Below are positions 20,575 through 30,893 of a stretch of DNA of 64,000 nt, one piece after another. The DNA lies in assembly GCA_903851045.1 (NCBI GenBank), contig CAINNF010000007.1, forward strand, positions 11,289-75,288, read 5' to 3'. Source of the DNA: Candidatus Adlerbacteria bacterium (GTDB lineage: Bacteria; Patescibacteriota; Minisyncoccia; Phycocordibacterales; SBAW01). Made by a program: the position numbers and the translations under genes. Positions within the stretch are counted from its first letter, which is position 1. The number at the start of each line of letters is the position of its first letter. The notes below the pieces were generated by a model. The model was not told the origin of the DNA. It saw nothing but the letters and a program-made list of their open reading frames with translations, and did not search any database.

Positions 20575-21915
20575 ATGACTACAACAAAAGAACTATGGGA
20601 AAATGCACTCGTTGAATTAGAACTTTCTATTTCTAAGCCTAATTTTAATACCTGGTTCAAAGATACACACATCGTCCGTGTCGAAGACAATATCGTGTAC
20701 CTTGGAGTGCCAAGCCAATTCGCTCGCGACTGGCTCTCGATGAAATTTCATAAGGATATCCTCCGATCGCTCAGGGGATTGTCGGAAAACGTTCGATCTA
20801 TCGAGTACATCATCTCTCGTGGACCAAAGAAACAGAGCGAAGAAATTCGTTCGACACCGACCGCGCCGTCCGAACTACCACTGGAAGCGGTCCACGCACG
20901 CACGAACCTCAACCCACGCTTTACGCTCCAATCCTTTGTGGTCGGTCCTTTCAACGAACTCGCCCACGCAGCTGCTCAAGCGGTCATCCGTAAGCCCGGT
21001 ATCGCCTATAACCCTCTGTTCATCTATGGGCCGACTGGCTTGGGCAAGACCCACCTCATCCAGTCAGTGGGGAACCATTTTCGCATCCACGCGCCTGAAC
21101 GTAAGGTCTATTACGTGACGTCGGAGAAGTTCTCGATGGATTATGTGTCTTCGCTTCAAGGAGGGAAGGTGCAAAGCTTCAAAGAGAAATACCGACAGTA
21201 CGACCTGCTTATCATGGACGACGTCCAATTCCTTGCCGGACGCGAAAAGATAAAAGAAGAGTTCTTCCACCTGTTCAACCATCTGTACGACAGCAATAAA
21301 CAGCTTGTGTTCTCCTCCGACCAACATCCGAACGTCATCCAAAACCTCGAGGACCGTTTGAAGAGTCGTTTCAACGCGGGCATGACCGTCTCTGTCACAC
21401 CACCCGACCACGATTCACGCCTCGCCATCGTCCGCACGAAGGCCTCTCACCACAACGTCGTTATCTCTGACGAAGTAATGGAGTATCTTGCAACTACCAT
21501 CGAAGGCAACGTGCGCGAACTCGAAGGAGCGCTGAACCTCCTCCTTATCCATCTCGAGATGCGTTCGGACCCGCTCACGCTCATCGATGCGAAAATGCTC
21601 TTGCGTGGTGCATCGAGCACGACCAAAAAAGCGGTATCTATCCCTGAAGTAGTGCGTACGATCGCGAGCTTCTACGGAGTTGAAGAGGCAAGCATCTACG
21701 AGAAGACCCGCCGAAAGGAGGTGGTGCGCCCACGCCAGGTGATTATGTTCCTTTTGCGTGAGGATTTTAAGATCTCGTTCCCAACGATCGGAGACAAGCT
21801 TGGGGGACGTGACCACACCACCGTTATCCACTCATGTGAAAAGATAAAGAACGATCTCCCCAGCGACAGCGTACTTACCCAAGAACTGCACCAGATCCGA
21901 CTCATGTTGAAATGA
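20575..21915 (+). CDS. dnaA: Chromosomal replication initiator DnaA
   Basis: NPLFIYGPTGLGKTHL, LIMDDVQFL, GNVRELEGAL, GGRDHTTVIHS. Confidence 0.98.
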   Translation: MTTTKELWENALVELELSISKPNFNTWFKDTHIVRVEDNIVYLGVPSQFARDWLSMKFHKDILRSLRGLSENVRSIEYIISRGPKKQSEEIRSTPTAPSELPLEAVHARTNLNPRFTLQSFVVGPFNELAHAAAQAVIRKPGIAYNPLFIYGPTGLGKTHLIQSVGNHFRIHAPERKVYYVTSEKFSMDYVSSLQGGKVQSFKEKYRQYDLLIMDDVQFLAGREKIKEEFFHLFNHLYDSNKQLVFSSDQHPNVIQNLEDRLKSRFNAGMTVSVTPPDHDSRLAIVRTKASHHNVVISDEVMEYLATTIEGNVRELEGALNLLLIHLEMRSDPLTLIDAKMLLRGASSTTKKAVSIPEVVRTIASFYGVEEASIYEKTRRKEVVRPRQVIMFLLREDFKISFPTIGDKLGGRDHTTVIHSCEKIKNDLPSDSVLTQELHQIRLMLK

Positions 21916-22120
21916 TGTGCATAAGTGCCGGAAGGACCTGTGAATACCTGTGGAGAAATATTTTGTCTTTTCAGGACTAGTTGTTTATTCACACGCTTGC
22001 GTTAGGATATGCACAGATAGTCCCTTCTCGAAATCCTGAAAGGAGCTTACAACAGAACGCTTTCAGGTAGTTATCCGACCAATCCACACCCTTAATAATA
22101 GTAATAGGTTTTATATATAG
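21916..22120. promoter_or_regulatory. Probable oriC (dnaA-dnaN intergenic)
   Basis: DnaA-box-like 9-mers TGTGCATAA 21916, TGTGAATAC 21939, TGTGGAGAA 21949, TTATTCACA 21985 and TTATCCGAC 22071, then AATCCACA 22081, TAA/TAG trinucleotide repeats (DnaA-trio-like) at 22093-22107 and an AT-rich stretch. Confidence 0.85.
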
Positions 22121-22125
22121 AAGTT

Positions 22126-23223
22126 ATGCGTTTTGAAACCAGCACAGACCAGTTCGCAGCAGCGGTAGCGACCGCAGCGCGTTTTTCCGAGCGTCGACCG
22201 AACCTGCCGGTACTCGGCAGTATCCTTATCGTCGCAGAGAGCGGTAGATTGCTGCTACGCGCGACGAACCTCGAATGTGGTGTGGAGATCACAACCCCGG
22301 CTAAAATCGTCGAACAGGGCATTGTAGCTGTACCTGCAGGGGTGTTGAGTGGTTTTGTGGCGAACGCAAAAGGGAGATCGATCTCCGGTAGTTTGGTTGG
22401 CGAGGTATTTAAGGTCGAGACCGAGCGCGCATCAGCGACCATTAAAACCATCCCGAACGAAGATTTTCCCATACTTCCAAGGGTGTCAGCTGAACGTTCG
22501 TTCACCGAAAAGACGCATGACTTCGCGAAAGCTATTCGTTCCGTCGTGTATTGTGCTTCGACCTCGGCAGTGAAACCGGAACTTCAAAGCGTATTGCTGT
22601 ATGCCGAAGGGGGGAAACTTGCCATGGTGGCGACCGACTCGTTCCGTCTTGCTGAAAAGACCATACCGCTGCGCTCCGGAGAAAGTGTGTCACAATTGCT
22701 ACTCCCTGCTCGAAACGCTTCGGAGTTGATGCGGATACTCGATGCGGCGTCGGGAGAGATCGAGATCTACTATAACGACAATCAACTCTCTACCCAGGTA
22801 GAGAACGTGTATTACACGAGCCGACTTATCGACGGCGCCTTTCCGAACTATCGACAGATCCTACCTAAATCGTTCATGACCGAGGCGGTCGTGTTGCGCG
22901 AGGACCTCAGTTCCGCATTGAAATCGCTTTCTATATTCGCGGATAAATTCTCACAGATATCCCTGACGTTCTCGCCGGAGAAGAAGGCGATACTGCTTAC
23001 CTCTCGAAACCCGGACGTGGGAGAACAGATATCCACCATCCGAGCTACCTTGTCCGGCGAAGAACTCACTATGTCGTTCAATAGCCGCTACGTTGCCGAT
23101 TCGCTCCAAGCTATCTCGGGAGAAAGCGTACGGTTGCAAGCGAACGGTCCAGGAAAGCCGATGCTCATACGAGATGCGGTCGACGAGTCGTACCTCTACT
23201 TGGCGATGCCGATGAATAGATAA
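22126..23223 (+). CDS. dnaN: DNA polymerase III beta clamp
   Basis: LRATNLE, VATDSFRLA, SRLIDGAFPNYRQILP, LAMPM. Confidence 0.97.
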   Translation: MRFETSTDQFAAAVATAARFSERRPNLPVLGSILIVAESGRLLLRATNLECGVEITTPAKIVEQGIVAVPAGVLSGFVANAKGRSISGSLVGEVFKVETERASATIKTIPNEDFPILPRVSAERSFTEKTHDFAKAIRSVVYCASTSAVKPELQSVLLYAEGGKLAMVATDSFRLAEKTIPLRSGESVSQLLLPARNASELMRILDAASGEIEIYYNDNQLSTQVENVYYTSRLIDGAFPNYRQILPKSFMTEAVVLREDLSSALKSLSIFADKFSQISLTFSPEKKAILLTSRNPDVGEQISTIRATLSGEELTMSFNSRYVADSLQAISGESVRLQANGPGKPMLIRDAVDESYLYLAMPMNR

Positions 23224-23224
23224 T

Positions 23225-25444
23225 CTACTGTGCCGTCGATGTTGCGACTGAAGTGGAAGTGGTTGCCATGTATGAGTTCGTAGACGAGGAGTTGAGTGCG
23301 TCTGCAGGTAGCGGGGGCAAGTTGGTCATACCGTTCTGTGCGGCCCATGTTTGCACAGGCGCATCCCAATATTTGAACTGCGGGTCGCTCGTTGGATCGG
23401 TAGGTATCGGTCCGTTCGGGTCGTTTTTGTTCACCCAGTAGAGTATGTCGTGCAACTTGCCGTCGCTTCCAGGATTTTGCCAAATGCCGCGAATAATCGG
23501 TTTGAGACCAGTTGTATCAGTCTCAGATCGAGTGAATGCTTGGTTGGGTGTGGTACTAAGCGCATACTGCATGAACTCATGCCACATAGGGCCTACAATG
23601 AATCCTGAGACCTTTTTAACCATCGGGGTGTTGTCGTTGTTACCCACCCACATTCCTACCGCTATATTGGGCGTATAACCGATGGTCCAGGCATCCTTGT
23701 AGTTGTTCGTGGTGCCGGTTTTGACCGCCACATCATGACCGGGGAAACCGAGAAGGTCGTTCTCTCCTAACGGAGCGCGTGCTACTGGGTCGGATAGGAT
23801 GTCATTTATTTCTTGTGCGATGGTAGTGGGGAGTACCTGGCTGCCTTGCTGTTGTGTATTATCTTCGATAATAACGCCGTTCGCGTCCTTGATCTGTAAT
23901 ACGGATACAGGGTTGTAGTGTACACCGTTCTCGGCGAACGTCGCATACGCGTTCGTCATGTCGAGCAATGTTACTTCGCCACCGCCAAGTACCAATGTGA
24001 GGCCGTACTGGTTTGGATCTCCAAGGGTTGAGATACCCATCGATTTTGCGAGGCGGAGTGTGTCCGCGATACCTGCAAGGTACAAGGTTTTTACCGAAGG
24101 AACGTTTCGTGACTGGGCGATAGCGTCACGCAGGTTGATAGGGCCAACGAACGCATTGTCGTAGTTCACCGGCGCATAACAGCCGTTCGTGCTTGTGAAG
24201 TTCGTAGGGTCGCAGTTGGTCGAGAACTGTGTCGGCAGGTCGAATACGACCGTGTCTGGAGTGTAGCCTTTCTCGAACGCTTCCGCATATGCGAAAGGTT
24301 TGAATGCCGAACCTGGCTGCCGGTCAGCGAGGGTAACATTGAAGTTGCCGTCGATGGTCGTATCGAAATAGTTGCGCGAACCGACCATAGAGAGAATCTG
24401 TCCGTTACTCGGGTTTATAGCGATAAGTCCGGTGTTGGAGGCGTTGAAATTCGTTTGGTTAGAGGCGGCGTGAGTCTGCACCACTGCCTCGGCCTTCGCT
24501 TGAAGGTCTGCATCGAGGGATGTTATGACCGTCCAGCCGTTCTGCTCGAGCGCATCCTGCCCGTATTTGTTCTGGAGGTATTGTTGTACATAGAATACGA
24601 AGTGCGGGGCTGTTATCGATGATGTTTTTGGTGATTGAAACTGCACTACGACCGCTTTCGCGTCATCGTGCTCGGTTTGGGTTAGGTAGCCGTGTTCAAG
24701 CATCTTGTCGAGTACGAGGTTCTTGCGTGCATCGAGATCTTTTTTGTGTGGCCCATAGGGGGAATAGTAGGTGGGGGCGGGGAGTACCGCGGCCAGATAG
24801 GCGGCTTCGGGGACGGTAAGATCACTGGCGTGTTTATTGAAGAAGGTCTCCGATGCCTGCTCGACACCGTAGATATTGCCGCCATATGGCGCTTGGTTGA
24901 GGTAGAGCTCAAGTATTTGAGATTTAGTGAGCACTCGTTCGAGCTTCACCGCTAGCACCCATTCTTCGAGCTTCCGAGTGATCGTCCGGCTATTCGTGAG
25001 GAGTGTGTTCTTGATCACCTGCTGAGTGAGTGTTGACCCACCTTGTACGACGCCGCCGGGGGTGACGTCCGCCAGTATGGCTCGCAGGATCGCAGTAAAT
25101 TCGATACCGCCGTGTTGATAGAATTTTGGGTCTTCGATAGCGATGGTCGCGTTTTGGACATTGGGAGATATAGAGGCAAGAGGAACAATGGTCCGTTGAG
25201 CGTTACTGTTGAGGTTATATAGCATCACTGTGCCAGTACGGTCATAGAGCCGAACCGACTGTTCTATCTTTCGATTCTCTATCGATGCAAGATCAGGCAC
25301 CTGAAGTGTTGCTGCCCATAGGAGAAACCCGCCCATCATAATGAAGACGATACTACACAGCCACGCGATGACCGCTTTCCAGTGTTTTCGGACGAAACGG
25401 AGACTTTTTGGAAGAGAGGATGAAGGAGAACGATAATGCCTCAT
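23225..25444 (-). CDS. Class A penicillin-binding protein (transglycosylase/transpeptidase)
   Basis: EDPKFYQHGG, GGSTLTQQ, RKLEE; SxxK (GSAFKP), SRN, KTGT. Confidence 0.95.
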   Translation of the reverse strand: MRHYRSPSSSLPKSLRFVRKHWKAVIAWLCSIVFIMMGGFLLWAATLQVPDLASIENRKIEQSVRLYDRTGTVMLYNLNSNAQRTIVPLASISPNVQNATIAIEDPKFYQHGGIEFTAILRAILADVTPGGVVQGGSTLTQQVIKNTLLTNSRTITRKLEEWVLAVKLERVLTKSQILELYLNQAPYGGNIYGVEQASETFFNKHASDLTVPEAAYLAAVLPAPTYYSPYGPHKKDLDARKNLVLDKMLEHGYLTQTEHDDAKAVVVQFQSPKTSSITAPHFVFYVQQYLQNKYGQDALEQNGWTVITSLDADLQAKAEAVVQTHAASNQTNFNASNTGLIAINPSNGQILSMVGSRNYFDTTIDGNFNVTLADRQPGSAFKPFAYAEAFEKGYTPDTVVFDLPTQFSTNCDPTNFTSTNGCYAPVNYDNAFVGPINLRDAIAQSRNVPSVKTLYLAGIADTLRLAKSMGISTLGDPNQYGLTLVLGGGEVTLLDMTNAYATFAENGVHYNPVSVLQIKDANGVIIEDNTQQQGSQVLPTTIAQEINDILSDPVARAPLGENDLLGFPGHDVAVKTGTTNNYKDAWTIGYTPNIAVGMWVGNNDNTPMVKKVSGFIVGPMWHEFMQYALSTTPNQAFTRSETDTTGLKPIIRGIWQNPGSDGKLHDILYWVNKNDPNGPIPTDPTSDPQFKYWDAPVQTWAAQNGMTNLPPLPADALNSSSTNSYMATTSTSVATSTAQ

Positions 25445-25489
25445 GTAGGCATTCTATCATAGGGGCTGTTGTGTTACAGTGTGGCGTAT

Positions 25490-26692
25490 ATGACAGAGGT
25501 GGTATCTACGGATGCAAAAAAGATAGAAGAGCTACTTACGCGCGGGGTAAGCGAGGTCCTGGTCAAGGAGTCGCTTCGTGCGAAACTCCTCAGCGGTAAG
25601 CGATTGCGTATCAAGTTGGGTATCGACCCGACATCGCCGGACCTCCATATCGGTCGGGCGGTACCGTTGCTGAAGCTTCGCGACTTTCAAGAGTTGGGAC
25701 ATCAGATTATCTTTCTTGTCGGTGATTTTACGGCCGTGATTGGCGATACGTCGGACAAGGATGCTGAGCGACCTATGCTCGCGCGCGAGGTCATAGAGGC
25801 GAACAAGCAGACCTACTTCGCACAAGCAGGGAAGATCCTCGATCTCTCCAAGGTGGAGACGGTGTATAACTCGCAGTGGCTCGAAAAGCTGACCTATCGT
25901 GAGATCGGGGAGCATGCGGACGTATTCTCGGTCGCGGACTTTATCGCACGCGAGAATATCGCGAAGCGTCTCAGCGCGGGCAAGCGCGTCTCGCTGCGCG
26001 AAGTGCTCTATCCGCTCATGCAAGGCTACGACAGTGTTGCCATCAAAGCCGATGTGGAACTTGGTGGTACGGACCAGAAGTTCAACGTGCTCGCTGGGCG
26101 ACCGCTTCAAGAGAAGTATGGCCAGCCGCCACAGGATATCGTCCTCAATCCACTGATCGATGGGCTGGATGGCACCAAGATGAGCTCGAGTCGTGGCAAC
26201 TACATCTCGCTTACTGCGACCCCGAGCGACATGTACGGTAAGGTGATGAGTATGGGTGATGCGCAGATCGGCACCTACTTCGAAGTATGTACCCGTGTGC
26301 CGATGGAAGAGGTTGCTGCGATCAAAACCGGTTTGATGGACAATGCACTACACCCGAAAGAGGCTAAGATGCGCTTAGCGCGTGAGATCGTCTCGCTGTA
26401 TCACTCCACCGAAGACGCACAAAAGGCCGAAGATGATTGGCAAAAGACGTTTAGTGAGGGTGGTGTGCCCGAGGATATACAAGAGGTCGTCGTATCTCCC
26501 GAGACGTCACTTATAGAAACGCTCGCGTCCCTTGGAGAGTCCAACAGCGAGCTTCGTCGCCTTATAGACGCCGGGGCTGTCAAAGAGGTGGGGGGTGAGA
26601 ACCATATATTTAAAGATCCTAAAACACCTCTTACTAAAGGAATGACGCTCCGCATCGGCAAACACCGATTTTTGAAGGTACTAGTGAAATAA
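25490..26692 (+). CDS. tyrS: Tyrosine--tRNA ligase
   Basis: GIDPTSPDLHIG, YPLMQGYDS, GGTDQKFN, KMSSS. Confidence 0.97.
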   Translation: MTEVVSTDAKKIEELLTRGVSEVLVKESLRAKLLSGKRLRIKLGIDPTSPDLHIGRAVPLLKLRDFQELGHQIIFLVGDFTAVIGDTSDKDAERPMLAREVIEANKQTYFAQAGKILDLSKVETVYNSQWLEKLTYREIGEHADVFSVADFIARENIAKRLSAGKRVSLREVLYPLMQGYDSVAIKADVELGGTDQKFNVLAGRPLQEKYGQPPQDIVLNPLIDGLDGTKMSSSRGNYISLTATPSDMYGKVMSMGDAQIGTYFEVCTRVPMEEVAAIKTGLMDNALHPKEAKMRLAREIVSLYHSTEDAQKAEDDWQKTFSEGGVPEDIQEVVVSPETSLIETLASLGESNSELRRLIDAGAVKEVGGENHIFKDPKTPLTKGMTLRIGKHRFLKVLVK

Positions 26693-26720
26693 AAAACTCC
26701 CTACGCGGGAGTTTTTTATT
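26688..26720. terminator. Bidirectional intrinsic terminator
   Basis: AATAAAAAACTCCC-TACGC-GGGAGTTTTTTATT between convergent genes. Confidence 0.8.
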
Positions 26721-26741
26721 GGGTATGGGTGGTGGTCGATG

Positions 26742-26930
26742 TTACTCGTCGAATACGTCGTCATCGGTCCCTTCGTCCTCTTCCTCCACATCTTCGCCTG
26801 CTAGGCTCGGATCCTCAGTGTCCTCTTCCTCGTCGACGTCGTCGCTGTATACGGGGTTTACTCGCGAACCAAAGTCATCCTCTTCTTCATCTAACGAGAA
26901 CTCTTGTGGTGTTAGATACTCATCGCTCAT
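26742..26930 (-). CDS. Small highly acidic protein
   Basis: 62 aa, about half Asp/Glu; fills the gap before the terminator. Confidence 0.6.
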   Translation of the reverse strand: MSDEYLTPQEFSLDEEEDDFGSRVNPVYSDDVDEEEDTEDPSLAGEDVEEEDEGTDDDVFDE

Positions 26931-27034
26931 ATGCTCATTTGAATTACTCTTAATAATTTTCTACAGAGTTAGACAGACACGTTGTATCAAACCTATCGAA
27001 CTTTGCAACTCCCTCTGAAAACTCGTGTGGATAA

Positions 27035-27541
27035 TTACCCCGCCATCGGACGATACGAGGCTAGACACGTGAGCCCGACCGCTATGGCGTCCACCTCATC
27101 ATCGAGCCTTTTTTTGTCCGAAATCGCCAAAAGACGGCTTACCATAAGGGCGACAGCCGACTTCTCACTCCTGCCGAAGCCCGTGATAGCGATCTTTACC
27201 TGCAGCGGCGTGTATTGATATAACGGCAACCCATATGAAGCGGCGATGTAGCTGAGCATGCCGCGTACCTCGGCCACTTTCATTGCCGTTTTTGCGTTTT
27301 TGGCGAAATAGAGGTCCTCAAGTGCCACCATTGTGGGCGCGTACATCTCAACGAGCGCTTCGGCCGCAGCACCGAGGATACCAAGACGCTCATGGAAGGG
27401 GAGTGAAGCACTTGTGCGGATACAGTCGGAGTGCAGCAGCTTCTCCTTTCCTCCTATCTTTTCGATAACCGAGACACCAAGACGCTCAAAGCCCGGATCG
27501 AACGCGAGGACGCGGATCCCACCACTATTCTTACGCGGCAT
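27035..27541 (-). CDS. ruvC: Holliday junction resolvase RuvC
   Basis: VLAFDPGFERLG, VALEDLYF, YTPLQVK, DDEVDAIAVG. Confidence 0.95.
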   Translation of the reverse strand: MPRKNSGGIRVLAFDPGFERLGVSVIEKIGGKEKLLHSDCIRTSASLPFHERLGILGAAAEALVEMYAPTMVALEDLYFAKNAKTAMKVAEVRGMLSYIAASYGLPLYQYTPLQVKIAITGFGRSEKSAVALMVSRLLAISDKKRLDDEVDAIAVGLTCLASYRPMAG

Positions 27542-28058
27542 TGGTGTAGACCTCGTTGACGTCGTCGTGCTCTTCGAGTTCGTCGACTATCACTGCGAGC
27601 TGCTCAAGGTCTTCGTCGGTGAGTTCGACGGGAGAGACCGGTTCCAGCTTGTCGCCGACTCGGGTGAAGGCCCACATAGCGGCACCTTGGTTGGCGAGCG
27701 AGCCGCCGTTCTTGCTCAAAATATGCTTCACCTCTTGGACGGTGCGGTTGCGGTTGTCGGTGTAGCCTTCGATGATGATGGCCACGCCACCGGGGCCGTA
27801 GGCCTCGTAGACGACCGTCTCCAGCTCCTCCGACGACGCAGAAGCCTTGTCGATAGCGCGGTCGATGTTGTCGGCGGGCATATTCTCACCCCGAGCCTTC
27901 TCGATAGCCATACGCAGCCCTGGCGAATTCCTGTCCCCTTTAGCCTTCTTAGCCTCTACGGTAATAAAGCGCACCAGCTTCGAAAAGACCTTGCTCTTGC
28001 GAGCATCGGTCGAAGCCTTCTTGTGTTTAATTTTGCTCCACTTGCTGTGTCCTGACAT
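27531..28058 (-). CDS. yebC: YebC/PmpR family protein (short form)
   Basis: MSGHSKWSKIKHKK, YEAYGPGGVA, TDNRNRT. Confidence 0.95.
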   Translation of the reverse strand: MSGHSKWSKIKHKKASTDARKSKVFSKLVRFITVEAKKAKGDRNSPGLRMAIEKARGENMPADNIDRAIDKASASSEELETVVYEAYGPGGVAIIIEGYTDNRNRTVQEVKHILSKNGGSLANQGAAMWAFTRVGDKLEPVSPVELTDEDLEQLAVIVDELEEHDDVNEVYTNAA

Positions 28059-28094
28059 ATACAGAGACTATACTCGCCTCTTTTAAAAAGAAAA

Positions 28095-28129
28095 GTCCTG
28101 CCAGGAAACATGCGTGTTTCTGGCAGGAC
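28095..28129 (-). terminator. Intrinsic terminator
   Basis: GTCCTGCCAG..CTGGCAGGAC stem with a minus-strand U-tract, downstream of the 28153 ORF. Confidence 0.65.
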
Positions 28130-28152
28130 CGTATGGAAGTGATTCTGGGTGG

Positions 28153-28995
28153 TTATTTAAAATAGCCGTGAATCAGGTAATGTCCTGGTTGGTGCGGGAA
28201 ACTTCGCACAGTTCCTTCAAAGTATGGATCGTCGACCGCTGCTATGGGTAGTGTGTTTTCGTTCCAAGGACCGATCTTCCACTTGATGTGAATCTCTCGT
28301 CCGAACAACGCGAGACTTTCTGCTCGCACAGCATCGATCGATGTGTCGGCAGGAACCTCTCGAGTGAACGAAGTGCCTACAGGCATCCTTGGTCCATTGC
28401 TGTGGCCACACTGTGCATTTATTCTGTTCCAGCCAAGTAAGTACGAAGCATTGTCGCTGTGCGGACCGCGTTTGGAGGGCAGCATGTAAGCCTCGACCTC
28501 TCCCTGGAGACACATCCGCACAGCAAGCGCCAACGTGTCTTTTGTCCGCATACGCACAGGGCAGCCGGTGAGATGGTGACTGAATGTACCACAATACCGA
28601 CAAGGGATATGTTCGAACACGAGCATGACCGTGAGGTTGTGTGTTCGAAACAATGCTCGCCAACTCAGCCAGTCACGATCTTTGTGTGCGTCGTTTGGTC
28701 GAAGACCGATGGTACGAGTTGTGGCATGGTAGAACAGGGTCCCGGTGCCGAGAACCACCTCCTCGCCAACTGACGGAGTACCAACATTGGTTGGCGCCTC
28801 TCTGGTCCACGAGGGACGGATATTTTGAACAATGGCGACCAGTCGCCCTTTCTTGTTGAGCAAACCAGAGGTCTTGGACTTCAGGGACAATAACCCCGGT
28901 GACGCGTCAGGACTCAAGCTGATGCAGCCATACCGACCCGTCTGATGCTCCTCTGCAGGCCAATTCAATACACCCGAACCCAGTTCGTAGCGCAT
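28153..28995 (-). CDS. Hypothetical protein with central CxxC...HxxxxC motif
   Basis: Long ORF containing CRYCGTFSHHLTGCP (zinc-knuckle-like). Confidence 0.6.
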   Translation of the reverse strand: MRYELGSGVLNWPAEEHQTGRYGCISLSPDASPGLLSLKSKTSGLLNKKGRLVAIVQNIRPSWTREAPTNVGTPSVGEEVVLGTGTLFYHATTRTIGLRPNDAHKDRDWLSWRALFRTHNLTVMLVFEHIPCRYCGTFSHHLTGCPVRMRTKDTLALAVRMCLQGEVEAYMLPSKRGPHSDNASYLLGWNRINAQCGHSNGPRMPVGTSFTREVPADTSIDAVRAESLALFGREIHIKWKIGPWNENTLPIAAVDDPYFEGTVRSFPHQPGHYLIHGYFK

Positions 28996-29128
28996 ATGAT
29001 CCTCCCAAGTTGATCTCAAGATATTGTACAGTAATAAACTCTTGTGTCAAATTAGTTGGTTGCGGTACTCGATCAATAAGTTTTTTTGAGATCACACTTG
29101 CCCTCGAAAAAAAGAAAAGCCACCCATA

Positions 29129-29422
29129 CTACGCGAGGATGGGTGGGGGCTTGTCGTACTTTGGACTTTCGAGAAGTGTAGCGAGCGCCATGAAGGTGGC
29201 CCCACCCATCTCTTGCATAGGCACAACATGAACCTCCATGCGGCCGAGAGAAAGGGTGCGATGGTCGGTCACCCCGATAGCGATAGTCCCTCGACGGACT
29301 CCGCTCGACACGAGCCCATTAAAGACCTTCTCCAGGGCTGCTTGTTGGCTATGTGCCGCAACATACCCAAGAGTCCAGTTGCCCTGCGGGCCAGAGACAG
29401 TCACTATAAAGATCATGTACAA
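29129..29422 (-). CDS. Hypothetical protein
   Basis: 97-aa ORF preceded by AAAGGAGG on the minus strand. Confidence 0.55.
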   Translation of the reverse strand: MYMIFIVTVSGPQGNWTLGYVAAHSQQAALEKVFNGLVSSGVRRGTIAIGVTDHRTLSLGRMEVHVVPMQEMGGATFMALATLLESPKYDKPPPILA

Positions 29423-29492
29423 AACCTCCTTTGACTAAAGAACAACCTACTTGTATGAACAACATTCGTCAACCTATTCAGTAGTATGTTTT

Positions 29493-30515
29493 TTATAGTA
29501 ACCGCTCGTTCAAATCCTCCGGAGGTTTTTTGCCGAGGTGTTCGTAGGCTTTTTTGGTGGCGACGCGGCCGCGCTGAGTGCGCTCGATGAGGCCGAGTTG
29601 CAGGAGGAAGGGTTCGTGGACTTCGGAGAGTGTGTTTGGTTCTTCAGCGAGGGCGGCGCCTAGGGCTGAGACGCCGACGGGGCCGCCGTGGAAGCGGTCG
29701 ATGAGAGCGAGGAGGAGGGCACGGTCCAGTGGGGTGAGGCCGAGTTCGTCGACCTCCAGCAGGCCAAGTGCGCTTTCGACGATTCCTTTGGAGAGTGGGA
29801 CACGCTTGAGTTGGGCGAAGTCACGTGCTCGCTTGAGGAGATAGTTGGCGGTGCGTGGGGTGGAGCGGCTGCGCTTCGCTATCTCACGCACACCGGTCTC
29901 TTCGACCTCGACACCAAGAATAGCCGCCGAGCGGCGCACGATGTTGGTGATGTCGTCCTCGCTGTAGAACTCGAGTCGAAAGACACCGCCAGAGAAGCGC
30001 GAGCGCAGCGGCGCAGAGAGGTCGGCGATGCGCGTGGTCGCGGCGATGAGCGTGAAGGGCGGCAGCGGCAGCTCGATCGTGCGCGCGCTCGGTCCTTTGC
30101 CGATGATGATATTGAGAATGCCCGACTCCATAGCGGGGTAGAGGACCTCTTCGATGGTGCGCGAGAGCCGGTGTATCTCATCGATGAAGAGCACATCGCC
30201 TGGTTGGAGGTTGGTGAGCAGTGCCGCGAGGTCACCAACGCGCTCGATAGCGGGCCCGGAGGTCGAGCGCATCGTGCCACCAAGTTCGCGCGCGATAAGG
30301 TGTGCCAGCGTGGTCTTGCCGAGTCCTGGAGGGCCGTAAAAAAGGATATGTTCGGGCGGATGCTGACGCTCCTTGGCGGCAGTGATCAGGATATGGAGAT
30401 TGTTTTTGATACTTTCTTGGCCGATGTAGTCGTCCCACGACGAAGGGCGCAGCGTCTGGTCGAGAAACGTGTCATGTCCTGTGTCGGCCGCGCGCTCTGG
30501 CGAATTGCTTGACAT
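29493..30515 (-). CDS. ruvB: Holliday junction branch migration helicase RuvB
   Basis: [36 protein letters not shown]. Confidence 0.97.
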   Translation of the reverse strand: MSSNSPERAADTGHDTFLDQTLRPSSWDDYIGQESIKNNLHILITAAKERQHPPEHILFYGPPGLGKTTLAHLIARELGGTMRSTSGPAIERVGDLAALLTNLQPGDVLFIDEIHRLSRTIEEVLYPAMESGILNIIIGKGPSARTIELPLPPFTLIAATTRIADLSAPLRSRFSGGVFRLEFYSEDDITNIVRRSAAILGVEVEETGVREIAKRSRSTPRTANYLLKRARDFAQLKRVPLSKGIVESALGLLEVDELGLTPLDRALLLALIDRFHGGPVGVSALGAALAEEPNTLSEVHEPFLLQLGLIERTQRGRVATKKAYEHLGKKPPEDLNERLL

Positions 30516-30761
30516 AAAAATATTCCTATGCTAGGCTCTATTTAGTCGCCCCACTTCTTTGTGTTTGAGGGGTTTTCTTTTTTGTCATAATTTCGAACGT
30601 GCATATCTCTAAGTAATAAGGCCTCTCATCGGGTTTTGGAGCCTACACGAGGACACTTCGGTTCATCGTCTTGTACGATGTACGGGGGTTATCCTAAGCG
30701 TTGGTATCCTGTTTTTGAAAAATTTCAAAAATTTTATTACTTAGAGGTATGCCTGCTCGAA

Positions 30762-30809
30762 TACTTCGACTACGCTCAGTACAAGCGCCTCGATTGTGCT
30801 CGGTGCAAG
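30762..30809. repeat. Tandem REP-like mini-palindromes
   Basis: TACTTCGACTACGCTCAGTACAAG then GCCTCGATTGTGCTCGGTGCAAG; related CCTCGACTGGACTCGGGACA at ~33813 inside polA. Confidence 0.55.
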
Positions 30810-30893
30810 TCTGTTCCGTACAAGCCTCATCAACTCTACTCAGTATATACGTACTACGCAACGTTGCGGCGCAACTTTTTTTGTTTTTGAGTG

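Noticed and set aside
28091-28100. AAAAGTCCT as a fourth copy of the palindromic core
   Set aside because: Only 9 nt match; the context is an ordinary terminator.
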